A stretch of 64,000 nt of DNA from Candidatus Moraniibacteriota bacterium (lineage in GTDB: Bacteria; Patescibacteriota; Minisyncoccia; Moranbacterales; GCA-2747515). Where the stretch lies: positions 262,240 through 326,239 of the forward strand of contig CALNYG010000005.1 in NCBI GenBank assembly GCA_942490825.1, read 5' to 3'. Position 1 is the first letter of the stretch. The number at the start of each line of letters is the position of its first letter. The notes under the pieces were generated by a model. It searched no databases, had not been told where the DNA came from, and saw only the letters and a program-made list of their open reading frames with translations. Below, one piece after another: positions 8,228-16,727 of this stretch. A program made the position numbers and the translations under genes.

Positions 8228-8464
8228 TGACTTACCTGGATTTATAAAAAAGAAAAATTTTATAAAAGCATTAAAAAAAATGATTTTATAATAAATAAAA
8301 AAGGTGGAAAAGGCGGGCATTTTAAAGCCACTTTCAAAAATGAAAAGTCAATTACATTACCATCATCTGGTTTTGAAAAGTATCAACTAAAATATATTAT
8401 AAAGCAGATTGAATTAATTACTAATGGAGCGGTAACTTGGAATGACATAAAAAATAAATTATAA
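8214..8464 (+). pseudogene. HicA-like mRNA-interferase toxin, frameshifted in an A8 run
   Basis: Frame 1 gives MSLLSDLPGFIKKKNFIKALKK. The -1 frame continues NDFIINKKGGKGGHFKATFKNEKSITLPSSG..YQLKYIIKQIEL, matching the HicA pattern (K/G-S-H...V-P). The frames join if A8 (8273-8280) were A9. Each piece is below the 60-aa cut-off of the track. Confidence 0.45.
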
Positions 8465-8552
8465 TATTTTTATATTCTAGCTATACTATAAAAAACTACC
8501 TTATTAATTTAAGATAGTTTTTTTATTGACTTGATTTGTGTTAAATAAAAAT

Positions 8553-8948
8553 TTATTTTTTCTGACATTTTTCACATCGGCAACCTTTTCCTTTTATAAG
8601 ATCTTCAAAATATTCTTCTCCGTAATCAAAAGTTAATTCATCGCCAGTTGATATTTTTTTCATGGCGTAAATCATGATATGTTTGTCGTCTTCGATAATG
8701 GCTTCGCAATTAGGTTTGCAAGAATGGTTTAAGTAGCGAGCTTTGTGTTTTCGATCTGTTCCGTCTAATACCCATTTTTTATTTAAAGTGAATAGATATA
8801 ATCCGCCTTTTTTATCTGCTTTTTCATGTGAAATTTTTTTGCCAGTGTATTCTATTATGAAATCTCCTGCTTTAAAATCTTTTTGAGCAAAGAGTCCTAA
8901 ACCAGTTGCTGATTTTTTGACTGCCCAGTTTCCATTCTTTTTTTTCAT
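8553..8948 (-). CDS. SET-domain protein (putative protein-lysine methyltransferase)
   Basis: 131 aa. SET signatures ARYLNHSCKPNCEA and ELTFDYGEEYF, plus post-SET Cys cluster CRCEKCQ. Confidence 0.85.
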   Translation of the reverse strand: MKKKNGNWAVKKSATGLGLFAQKDFKAGDFIIEYTGKKISHEKADKKGGLYLFTLNKKWVLDGTDRKHKARYLNHSCKPNCEAIIEDDKHIMIYAMKKISTGDELTFDYGEEYFEDLIKGKGCRCEKCQKK

Positions 8949-8996
8949 GGTTTTTTGATTTGTGAGTATTTAATTATTTTTAAAATGATTATTTGC

Positions 8997-9025
8997 GTAG
9001 TGAACGGTTTGAAACCGTTCACTGC
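8997..9025. repeat. GTAGTGAACGG hairpin (family G), copy 1
   Basis: GTAGTGAACGG-TTTGAAA-CCGTTCACTGC, about 50 nt upstream of the SET gene start. Near-identical copy at 22196..22224 and a related palindrome at 48072..48099. Confidence 0.75.
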
Positions 9026-9078
9026 TTAAATTTTTATGTTTGAAATGATGTGGCGAATTTGAATATTTACTTTCGGTT

Positions 9079-9100
9079 AAAAAGCCTGTGCGGCGAGCAC
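9079..9100 (+). repeat. Box-A repeat (AGCCYGTGCGGCGAGCAC), empty form
   Basis: AAAAAGCCTGTGCGGCGAGCAC followed by a T-tract. Lies between the rluD-like stop and the SET start, both on the minus strand. Confidence 0.85.
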
Positions 9101-9141
9101 TTTTTTATTTTCTCTTTTATTTATTTTCCAACTTTTTAATT

Positions 9142-10179
9142 TTACTTATTTTTTCTTAAATTATCAAGTGTTTCCTCAAAATAGTTTGGAAGTGGTGCTG
9201 AGAAAGAATATTTTTTGTCATTCAAAGTAAACTCTATTTTTGCAGAATGTAGGAAAAATTTTTGGTGTTCATTGGTTATTGAATCTGTACATAGGGTTTT
9301 GTGGATTTTTTTGTAATAACGATGATCATTAATTAGTGGATGTCCTAAGTGAGATAGGTGAATTCTGATTTGATGGGTGCGACCAGTTTTTGGTTTTGCT
9401 TCTAAGAGTGAAATTCGAATTTTACCTTTATTTTTGTCTGTGTCAGATTCTATAAAAAGTTTTTTTAGATTTACAGCATCTCTATCATCTGTTGTTTTGT
9501 GGGGAAATGTAAATTCTTCGATAACTTCATATTCAGTTTGAGCATCTCGGGATTGACCACTGAATTTTCCTTGAGCGATTTTTTGTTTTTTGTGAGAAGT
9601 GGTTTTGGCAATTGGTAAATTGATTATGCTTGATTTTTTATCTAATTTCCCCCATGCTAAAGTTATGTAAGTTTTTTGAACTTGTTTGTTTTGAAATGCT
9701 TTTTTGAGTTCTTCGAAACTTTTGTCATTTTTTGCAACTATCATTAGCCCGCTGGTATCTTTGTCTAATCGGTGAACTATACCTGGACGTTCCCAATTTT
9801 CTCCAACGTTTTTTAAATTGGGATTTAAACTTATTAAAGCATTTACTAAAGTTTCGTTTTTATTGATTGCACTGGGGTGAACTTGTAGTCCTGCTGGCTT
9901 ATTGATTATGTAAAAATCATCATTTTCGAAAACGATGTCTAATTTTATTTTTGTATTTGGTTCTAATTCTGTAGATTTTTCGTGGATGTCTAATTTTATT
10001 TCATCGTTTATTTTTAATGAAATACTGGGTTTGGTCTTTTTGTTGTTTAGTAAAATCTTGCCTTCTTTTATAAATCGAATGATTTCACCACGAGAAAAAT
10101 TATCTACTTGATTACAGATAAATTTATCTAATCTTTTTCCAATTCCTTTTTTTTTAGTTATTGTAAAATTATGTTTCAT
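9142..10179 (-). CDS. rluD: RluA-family 23S rRNA pseudouridine synthase (RluD-like)
   Basis: S4-like N-terminus (KRLDKFI...SRGEIIRFIKEGKILLN), catalytic HRLDKDTSG, and GRTHQIRIHL. Confidence 0.85.
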   Translation of the reverse strand: MKHNFTITKKKGIGKRLDKFICNQVDNFSRGEIIRFIKEGKILLNNKKTKPSISLKINDEIKLDIHEKSTELEPNTKIKLDIVFENDDFYIINKPAGLQVHPSAINKNETLVNALISLNPNLKNVGENWERPGIVHRLDKDTSGLMIVAKNDKSFEELKKAFQNKQVQKTYITLAWGKLDKKSSIINLPIAKTTSHKKQKIAQGKFSGQSRDAQTEYEVIEEFTFPHKTTDDRDAVNLKKLFIESDTDKNKGKIRISLLEAKPKTGRTHQIRIHLSHLGHPLINDHRYYKKIHKTLCTDSITNEHQKFFLHSAKIEFTLNDKKYSFSAPLPNYFEETLDNLRKNK

Positions 10180-10514
10180 GTTTTGAATTTGTGATGGGTT
10201 AAGTTTTGATTTGTTAGTTCAAGCTTGCAGATTGAAATATTTGGTTCTCTTTATAAACAATAGCTTAATTATTGTGTTTTGTGAAATTTTTTAATTTTAT
10301 TTTATTCTGAATTTATTTTAGAGTTTGAGATTAAGTAAAGTTTTATTTAAAACTGAGATCCTGAATAAATTATTTTATTTTTTTATAAAAAACAAAATAA
10401 TTTTTCAGAGCTTGCACTCAACTTGATTGGGTGATGACATGGTGTGAGAGGTTTTTGAATAAAAGTGATTCTAAAAAATATTATTTATGTTATAATAAAT
10501 ATAATACAAAATAA

Positions 10515-12563
10515 ATGTCAAATTTTTTAAATAAAAACAAATTTAAAAATAAATTTTTTAGGGTGGCTATAAAGGCGCTTGTGTTTTCTGTTTTCTGCTT
10601 TTTCTTTCTTTATAACGTTAATTTTGTAGAGGCTGAGAGTTGTGTAGTGCCTAAAGATTGTAAAAAATCTACGGATACATGTGTTCAAGGACAGTGTGTT
10701 GATGAAGATGGTACAGATTATAGCAAACAATCTCGTACTAAGCTTGATAAAGCGTGGGATCTTTTTACTAATCCAATAGATTCAACTCTTCTTGCTATTT
10801 TAGAGGGTATGAGCTGGCTAGTAAAAGCTGCAGTTTTTTTGTTTGAAATAGCAGTTAATCCAGAACTTTTTAATAAATTGTTTAGGGACAGTGGTACGAC
10901 TTTGTATGAAATGTGGGGCTTTATTAGAGATTTTCTTAATATTTTCTTTATTTTGATTTTGCTTTTTAGTGCTTTTGCGACTGTTTTTCAGGTTTCTAAA
11001 TATCATATTCAGAAGATTCTTTTGTCGGTAGTTTTGATGGCTCTTTTGGTTAATTTTAGTTGGACTATTACTAGGATTATTATTGATCTTAGTAATGTTA
11101 CGATGTATTTTTTTATTGATGAAATGTTGCTTGGCTCCGGTGAAACTACTGCAAAAATAGGTGCTTTATCAAATTTAAGTGACATAATGGTTCCAGGGGA
11201 TTTTTCAAAGGTGGCAGGTGCAAAGGATACTACATATCTTTTGTTGGCTATTACGGTTGTTTTTATTTTTGGAGTGACTTTATTGGCTTATGCTGGGGTT
11301 TTATTAATTAGGGTTATTGCATTGGTTTTATTATTGATTTTTTCTCCTGTTGGTTTTGTGGCAGCGGCTTTTCCGTCTACTAGTAAGTATGCGTCTCAAT
11401 GGTGGGATGCTTTGTTTAAATATGCTTTTAGTGGTCCGACTTTGATTTTTATGTTGGTGGTGGCGATTAAGATGCTAGAGGCAATTGGTGGGAGTGGAAT
11501 TGGTGAGAATGAATTGAGGAGTATAATAAGCAAAGAAGGACTTGAAAATAATCTTAATAATATGGCGGAAAGTATTGCTCTTTTTACGATTCCGATTATG
11601 ATTCTTTGGACGGCTTTGATTACGTCGGGGAAGGCGGGGGATGCTGGTTCTGCTTGGGTTTCTAATAAGATGCAGGGATGGAGCAAAAAAACTGGAAAGT
11701 TTGTTGGAAAATATGGAAAGAAAGGCGTTGTGGGAGGCGTTGTGGGAGGCGTTGTGGCAACTGGCAGGGGCGTAGATTTTGCTACGGCAAAAATTAGTAA
11801 GGATCCTACAAATAGACCATTTGCAAATTTATCAGGTACTTTTCAGGGAGTTAAGCAGAGAGGTAAAGATGTTTGGGCTGGCATGGAGAGAGAGCGACAG
11901 GCTCAAGTTGATACTATGAAAGCGGGGGCTATGGGGGCTTTAGGTGATAAGACAGCAATACAGAGGCTTGAGGATACAAAAATAGCTGAAGTGACGAAGA
12001 AGCATAAAGAGGAAGGCGTTAGTACTTCGATTTTAGCTGATAGATTGAAGGACGCTAAAGGTTCGGAATATAAAGCTATAGTTAAAACATTAGTGGATAG
12101 AAAAGACTTAAATAAAGAAGATAATGAAAAGTTATCTGAGGCGATTGGTAAAGTTAAAACAGTTGATGGTAAGGCGGATGAGAAAATGCAAGGAGCAATT
12201 ATTAAGAAGCTTTCTGATTCTAGAAATGGTCATCTTGCTATTAAGGAACTTGAGAAATTTTACAATGATCCAGATTCGAGAAGGGAGATTACTGATGCAA
12301 CAACAGGATTAAAAAGAAATGCTACCGCTGATGAAAATATGAAAGAGGCTACAAAAGTTATTATAAGTAGATTAGATAATGCAGGTATAGCAAAAAATAG
12401 TGAATTATTAAAGCAGGCTCTTCCAGGTTCTGGAGCCGCTAATCAATCGTATTTAAGAAATAGGATTAAAGATAGGATTGCATCTCCAAAAGTCTTAATT
12501 GATGTTCAAAGTAAAATGACTAGCAGAGAGGATTTTAGAAATTTAGGTGGAATTGTTACATAA
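10515..12563 (+). CDS. large polytopic membrane protein with Cys-rich N-terminal ectodomain and helical C-terminal tail (VirB6/TrbL-like topology, tentative)
   Basis: 682 aa. Signal/TM segment, CVVPKDCKKSTDTCVQGQC motif, about 6-7 TM helices, G/V repeat KKGVVGGVVGGVV (15-bp tandem at 11724-11757), then a ~250-aa charged tail. Confidence 0.6.
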   Translation: MSNFLNKNKFKNKFFRVAIKALVFSVFCFFFLYNVNFVEAESCVVPKDCKKSTDTCVQGQCVDEDGTDYSKQSRTKLDKAWDLFTNPIDSTLLAILEGMSWLVKAAVFLFEIAVNPELFNKLFRDSGTTLYEMWGFIRDFLNIFFILILLFSAFATVFQVSKYHIQKILLSVVLMALLVNFSWTITRIIIDLSNVTMYFFIDEMLLGSGETTAKIGALSNLSDIMVPGDFSKVAGAKDTTYLLLAITVVFIFGVTLLAYAGVLLIRVIALVLLLIFSPVGFVAAAFPSTSKYASQWWDALFKYAFSGPTLIFMLVVAIKMLEAIGGSGIGENELRSIISKEGLENNLNNMAESIALFTIPIMILWTALITSGKAGDAGSAWVSNKMQGWSKKTGKFVGKYGKKGVVGGVVGGVVATGRGVDFATAKISKDPTNRPFANLSGTFQGVKQRGKDVWAGMERERQAQVDTMKAGAMGALGDKTAIQRLEDTKIAEVTKKHKEEGVSTSILADRLKDAKGSEYKAIVKTLVDRKDLNKEDNEKLSEAIGKVKTVDGKADEKMQGAIIKKLSDSRNGHLAIKELEKFYNDPDSRREITDATTGLKRNATADENMKEATKVIISRLDNAGIAKNSELLKQALPGSGAANQSYLRNRIKDRIASPKVLIDVQSKMTSREDFRNLGGIVT

Positions 12564-12577
12564 AATAATTTATAAAA

Positions 12578-13825
12578 ATGGATAATAAAAATCAAAAAAA
12601 ATATTTTCCAATGTTGGCAGGAGGGAATAGTTTTGAAGATTATGAAAAATTACGTTCTCTGCCAAAAAAAATACAAGGAATTTTGCTTTCTGAAAAGATC
12701 ACCGATTTTATCTATGGTGCGTCACAACGCTATAATTTAGACGATACAAAAACAGAAGAATTTTCACGGACAGTGCGACAATATTTTTTCAATGAAATCC
12801 AAGACGGACAGTTTGCCAGAAAAATAGCAGAACTTTGCAATACATCAAATGAATCAGGATTAGAAATATTAAACTCCATAAAAAATATCCGACCAGAATC
12901 AGAAGTAAAACCAAAAAGAAATTTAGTAACTGGACAAGCATACACACCCACACAATCAATAAATTTCTCAAATAATTTTCCAACAAATAACAGAGGCGTT
13001 TCTTCCACACAATCACGAGCAAAACAATCAATAAAACCACAAAATAGATTGAGTAGCACAACACCACAAACATCAAATATAGTTCAAGTTCCAATCAGAA
13101 AAGCCCTAAAATTATATCCAAAATTAGAATCACAAACATTAACCAAAAGTCCAATCGTATCCAAACCATTTCTTAAACCAGTAAAACCAACAATAAAAAA
13201 CTGGTTGACAATTTATGAAGAATTGATGGGCGTTAGTAAAAAAGGAGCGATGGAAAGAGGAAATTTTCTTTTTCATTCAGAGGCAACAAAAAATTTACCA
13301 ACAGATGAGCGACAAAAGTTAGCACAGGTACTTAAGTCAGCTGATGATAGCTCAAATTTAAAAATTGATACGACTAATGGAGATATCATTTTTACAATTC
13401 TAGCTATTGAGAAAAAGTTGCCAGTTAACAAATCAGTTGAAAAAAGTTTTTCACAACAAACAAATCCTGTTAAAAATACAATTCCATCTCAACAATCAAG
13501 TTCTAATATTTTATCTCAAGATAAAAAAAATGATTCTATTGATCAAAATCAGAAACAATCAAGTGTGAGTCCGACTAGTGATTTTAAACAAAAAGAAAAT
13601 AAGGAAAATTTTCAGTTTCAAAAAAATGGTTTTGGTAGTTTGCAAAAGGGTGATGGTCTAAATAATTTTGCTAGTAAGTTAGTAAATGAAAATGCTGGAG
13701 ATATGGGAAGTGAAGACTTTAATATAGCACAACAAAAAAATAAATCTTTAAGTTCCTCAGATAATTCTGAAGAAAATATTAGCTTTACTTCCAGACATAT
13801 TTTGCCGAAAGAGAAGCAAGAATAA
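12578..13825 (+). CDS. hypothetical protein with Q/S/N/P/T-rich low-complexity regions
   Basis: 415 aa. Starts 14 nt after the preceding membrane protein gene, so probably co-transcribed. No family recognised. Confidence 0.55.
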   Translation: MDNKNQKKYFPMLAGGNSFEDYEKLRSLPKKIQGILLSEKITDFIYGASQRYNLDDTKTEEFSRTVRQYFFNEIQDGQFARKIAELCNTSNESGLEILNSIKNIRPESEVKPKRNLVTGQAYTPTQSINFSNNFPTNNRGVSSTQSRAKQSIKPQNRLSSTTPQTSNIVQVPIRKALKLYPKLESQTLTKSPIVSKPFLKPVKPTIKNWLTIYEELMGVSKKGAMERGNFLFHSEATKNLPTDERQKLAQVLKSADDSSNLKIDTTNGDIIFTILAIEKKLPVNKSVEKSFSQQTNPVKNTIPSQQSSSNILSQDKKNDSIDQNQKQSSVSPTSDFKQKENKENFQFQKNGFGSLQKGDGLNNFASKLVNENAGDMGSEDFNIAQQKNKSLSSSDNSEENISFTSRHILPKEKQE

Positions 13826-13980
13826 TTTTTTATTTTAGAGGGAACTTGAGAATGTTTTTTTGCACATGTGAGTAAATATATTTTCAAATAATATAGCTTG
13901 TTATTTTGAGTGGAATAAAATTTTTGTAAAAATTTTATGTAATGAAGAATCTTAATAAGTTTTTCTAATAATCCCAGATA

Positions 13981-14259
13981 TGTCATGCTGAAAGATATAA
14001 GTTGTTCAAGGGGGTAGTGATTGAATACAAACCTGCCTGTTCGGCAGACAGGTTAATCTATTCAGTATCTGCATCTTAAGTTTAAAGAAAATTGAAGGTA
14101 TATCTTTCTTCCGAGATTCTGAATAAATATTTTTTTAAATATTTTTCAGGATTACATGGGGAGAAGTTTGAATGTAATTTAGAATTTTTGTGATTCTCTG
14201 TAGGAGATTCTTCACTTCATAAATTTATCTGCGATAAATTTATTACGTTCAGAATGACA
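13981..14259 (+). repeat. nested-palindrome element (NPE), extended copy
   Basis: Left end TGTCATGCTGAA, right end GTTCAGAATGACA. Carries a GC mini-palindrome (14032-14052), a CTGAATAAAT...ATTTTTCAG hairpin, the inner arm GAGATTCTTCAC and hairpin B ATAAATTTATC-TGC-GATAAATTTAT. Confidence 0.8.
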
Positions 14260-14330
14260 GGCAATTTGTTAGGATCGGCATTTTTTGGTATTTGAAATAA
14301 AGTGTTTGATTTGAAAAAATTCTTTTGGTT

Positions 14331-14352
14331 AAAAAGCCCGTGCGGCGAGCAC
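14331..14352 (+). repeat. Box-A repeat, empty form
   Basis: AAAAAGCCCGTGCGGCGAGCAC then TTTTTATTTT, 54 nt upstream of the xth start. Confidence 0.9.
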
Positions 14353-14405
14353 TTTTTATTTTAAAATAATAGGTTATTTAGATATTTTTTAAAGCAATTA
14401 AATTT

Positions 14406-15203
14406 ATGAAAATTATTACTTGGAATGTTAATGGGTTGAGGGCTGTGGAGCGTAAAGGTGAAATTCAAAAGTTGGTTGAGAATGATGATCCTGACTTTTT
14501 ATTTTTGCAGGAAATCAAAGGACGAAAAGAACAATTTTCTGAATTTTTGACGGAGAATGAGGCTTACTCACAGTTTTATCATAGTGCGGAAAAAGCGGGA
14601 TATTCGGGGACTGGAATTTGGGCGAAAAAGTCTTTTTTGAAAAAATGTGGGGATGTTAGTTTCGATACTGAAGTTCCGAAAAATCCAGTGGTAGATGAAG
14701 GGAGGATTTCTCATTTGTCTTTTTTGTTTAACAAAAAGAAGTATCATTTACTTTCTATTTATTTTCCGAATGGTGGCAAGAGCGAAAAGGCTTGGGCGGA
14801 AAAATTGATTTTTTTTGATGAGGTGTTAAACTTTATGAATCAGTTGCGAGATGAGGGTGGTGAAGTGATTGTTGGTGGAGATATGAATGTGGCTCATCGT
14901 GAGATTGATTTGGCTCGATCGAAAGCGAATGATGGAAGGATTGGTTTTCATCCTGATGAGCGGGCATGGGTTGATCGTGTTTTGGAAAATGGTTGGGTGG
15001 ATGCTTGGCGGAGTGAAAATCTTGAAGTTGAAGATGTTTATTCTTATTGGGATGTGAAGTCGAGGGCGAGAGATAGGAATGTTGGTTGGCGGATTGATTA
15101 TTTTTTTATTGATAATAAGATATTGGGAAAGATTGAAAATGTTGAGTATTTGAAAGAGCAGATGGGGTCGGATCATTGTCCGTTGATGTTGGAAATCAGT
15201 TAG
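14406..15203 (+). CDS. xth: exodeoxyribonuclease III
   Basis: 265 aa. Motifs TWNVNGLRA, FLQEIK, GGDMNVAH, SDHCPL. Confidence 0.95.
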   Translation: MKIITWNVNGLRAVERKGEIQKLVENDDPDFLFLQEIKGRKEQFSEFLTENEAYSQFYHSAEKAGYSGTGIWAKKSFLKKCGDVSFDTEVPKNPVVDEGRISHLSFLFNKKKYHLLSIYFPNGGKSEKAWAEKLIFFDEVLNFMNQLRDEGGEVIVGGDMNVAHREIDLARSKANDGRIGFHPDERAWVDRVLENGWVDAWRSENLEVEDVYSYWDVKSRARDRNVGWRIDYFFIDNKILGKIENVEYLKEQMGSDHCPLMLEIS

Positions 15204-15246
15204 TTAAAAAGTCGAAAGTAATTTTTAATTTTCAAATAGTGTAATT

Positions 15247-15577
15247 TGTCATTGCGAGGAATGACCGTAGGGAATGACGTGGTAATCCCAGTAAGTTTTC
15301 CTGATATTTTAATTTTAAAGTTTTTAGTTTTGAAACGTTTCGGAATCAGTGGTCTTCGACACACTAATTCCGGCAGTAAAAAGCTTTTAGTTTAGAAACG
15401 TTTCGGAATCAGTGGTCTTTGACACACTAATTCCGGTAGTAAAATTAATCTATCTGGTATCCAGAAAATATTAGAAAATAACTAAGGTTAAAAGTTTGGC
15501 TATAGTCTTAAAATTTCCTAGATTCCGGATAAATTTTGTATTTTTTTACGAAAAACAAAAAATTTTCCGGAATGACA
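15247..15577 (+). repeat. composite NPE-type repeat block
   Basis: Starts with the mini-hairpin TGTCATTGCGAGGAATGAC, then the NPE spacer (AATCCCAGTAAGTTTTCCTGATATTTTAATTTTAAAG), two tandem Hp-C units, and ends TTCCGGAATGACA. Confidence 0.75.
15322..15444 (+). repeat. Hp-C hairpin module, 63-bp tandem duplication (2 units)
   Basis: Unit TTTTAGTTTNGAAACGTTT-CGGAATCAGTG-GTCTTYGACA-CACTAATTCCG. Hairpins at 15341-15372 and 15404-15435. Confidence 0.9.
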
Positions 15578-15648
15578 AATGGGGAGGTAATAGAAAATTT
15601 ATTTTTTGTAATGGTGCAGTAGATTATAATTTAAACTTAAAAATAATT

Positions 15649-16247
15649 ATGGCAAAAAAGCGGGTGCGACATCATGTTAATCCTTTGAGCGATTTAACAG
15701 AATATTCTTTTTCTGGATTTGAAAATGATAATCCAGTTATTATTGACGTGGGGGCGGATCATGGTGAATTTACTGAGGGTTTGTTGGATAAATTTGGTGA
15801 GGAAAAAAACTTTATTGTTTTTGAAATTCGTAAACCTTTGGCGGAAAAGTTGAGGCAGATGTTTTCTGATCATAAAAATGTGGTTGTTTTTGATGGTGAT
15901 GCAAATCGTAATTTTGAAAATATTGTTCGACCTTACTTGAAAAAAAATAAAGTGGAAGAAATTTTTGTTAATTTTCCTGATCCTTGGTTTAAGTCTCGAC
16001 ATCATAAAAGGCGTTTTATAAATGAAAATTTTTGCAGTCAATTAAAGATTGGATGCCGAGTTCTACGACGTGGATTTTTCAAACTGATCAAAAAAAGCTT
16101 TTTGAGGATACTTTGGAGGTTTTAGAAAATGTTGGGATTGATGACATTGAGTTTTTTGATGAATCGCCGTATGACTTGCAAACTAAGTGGGAAAAGGCTA
16201 AGCTTAAGGAAGGTTTGGAGATTAATCGGATGAGGTTTAGGTTTTAG
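15649..16247 (+). pseudogene. trmB: tRNA (guanine-N7)-methyltransferase, frameshifted in a T5 run
   Basis: MAKKRVRHHVNPL, IIDVGADHGEF, VNFPDPWFKSRHHKRRF. After ENF the homologous sequence (LQSIKDWMPSSTTWIFQTDQKKLFEDTLEVL) continues in the -1 frame (track ORF 16032..16247). The frames join if T5 (16029-16033) were T6. Confidence 0.8.
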
Positions 16248-16301
16248 TGCTTTGACAGTTAGATTGGTGGATGAGTAGATTTTTTGTAAATTTTTTAGAT
16301 A

Positions 16302-16616
16302 TGTCATTCCGGAAATTTTTTAAGTTTTTTGTAAAAAAAATTTAAAAAATTATCCGGAATCTAGGAATCTTTAAGATTAATGATAAACTTTAAATTTTAT
16401 GTTTGTCTGAGATCATCCAATCAAGTTGAGTGCAGGCTCTGAATAAATTATTTGATTTTTCTGCAAAAAACAAAATAATTTTTCAGGATGACATGACATG
16501 AAAAGAGGTTTGAATGTAATTTTAAAGTTTTGTGATTTTCTGTGGGGGATTTCTGTCTGCCCTGTCTGCCGACAGGCAGGCGACAGGCAGGCGACAAAGG
16601 CAGGTTCAGAATGACA
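16302..16616 (+). repeat. composite NPE-type repeat block
   Basis: Begins TGTCATTCCGGAA, an inverted copy of 15508-15577. Contains the CTGAATAAATTA...AAAATAATTTTTCAG hairpin, the NPE spacer, a duplicated GC mini-palindrome cluster (16553-16604), and ends GTTCAGAATGACA. Confidence 0.8.
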
Positions 16617-16678
16617 GGATAATTTATCGGGATTTTCTGATTACGGTAATATGACAAATTTTAGAGTTTCTTTCAGTT

Positions 16679-16700
16679 AAAAAGCCCGTGCGGCGAGCAC
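16679..16700 (+). repeat. Box-A repeat, empty form
   Basis: TTTCAGTTAAAAAGCCCGTGCGGCGAGCAC then TTTTATTTTTT, 28 nt upstream of the engB start. Confidence 0.9.
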
Positions 16701-16727
16701 TTTTATTTTTTAAAATGATGAAATTAT

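Noticed and set aside
6679-8490. Shared 12-mer ATTCTAGCTATA at ~6683 and ~8474 as possible direct repeats flanking the rplS-tRNA-hicBA segment
   Set aside because: A 12-nt AT-rich match is expected by chance many times in 64 kb. There is no extended similarity.
15496-15648. N-terminal extension of the trmB ORF
   Set aside because: It reads through the terminal module of a repeat block (..TTCCGGAATGACA). TrmB homology starts at MAKKRVRHHVNPL (ATG 15649).
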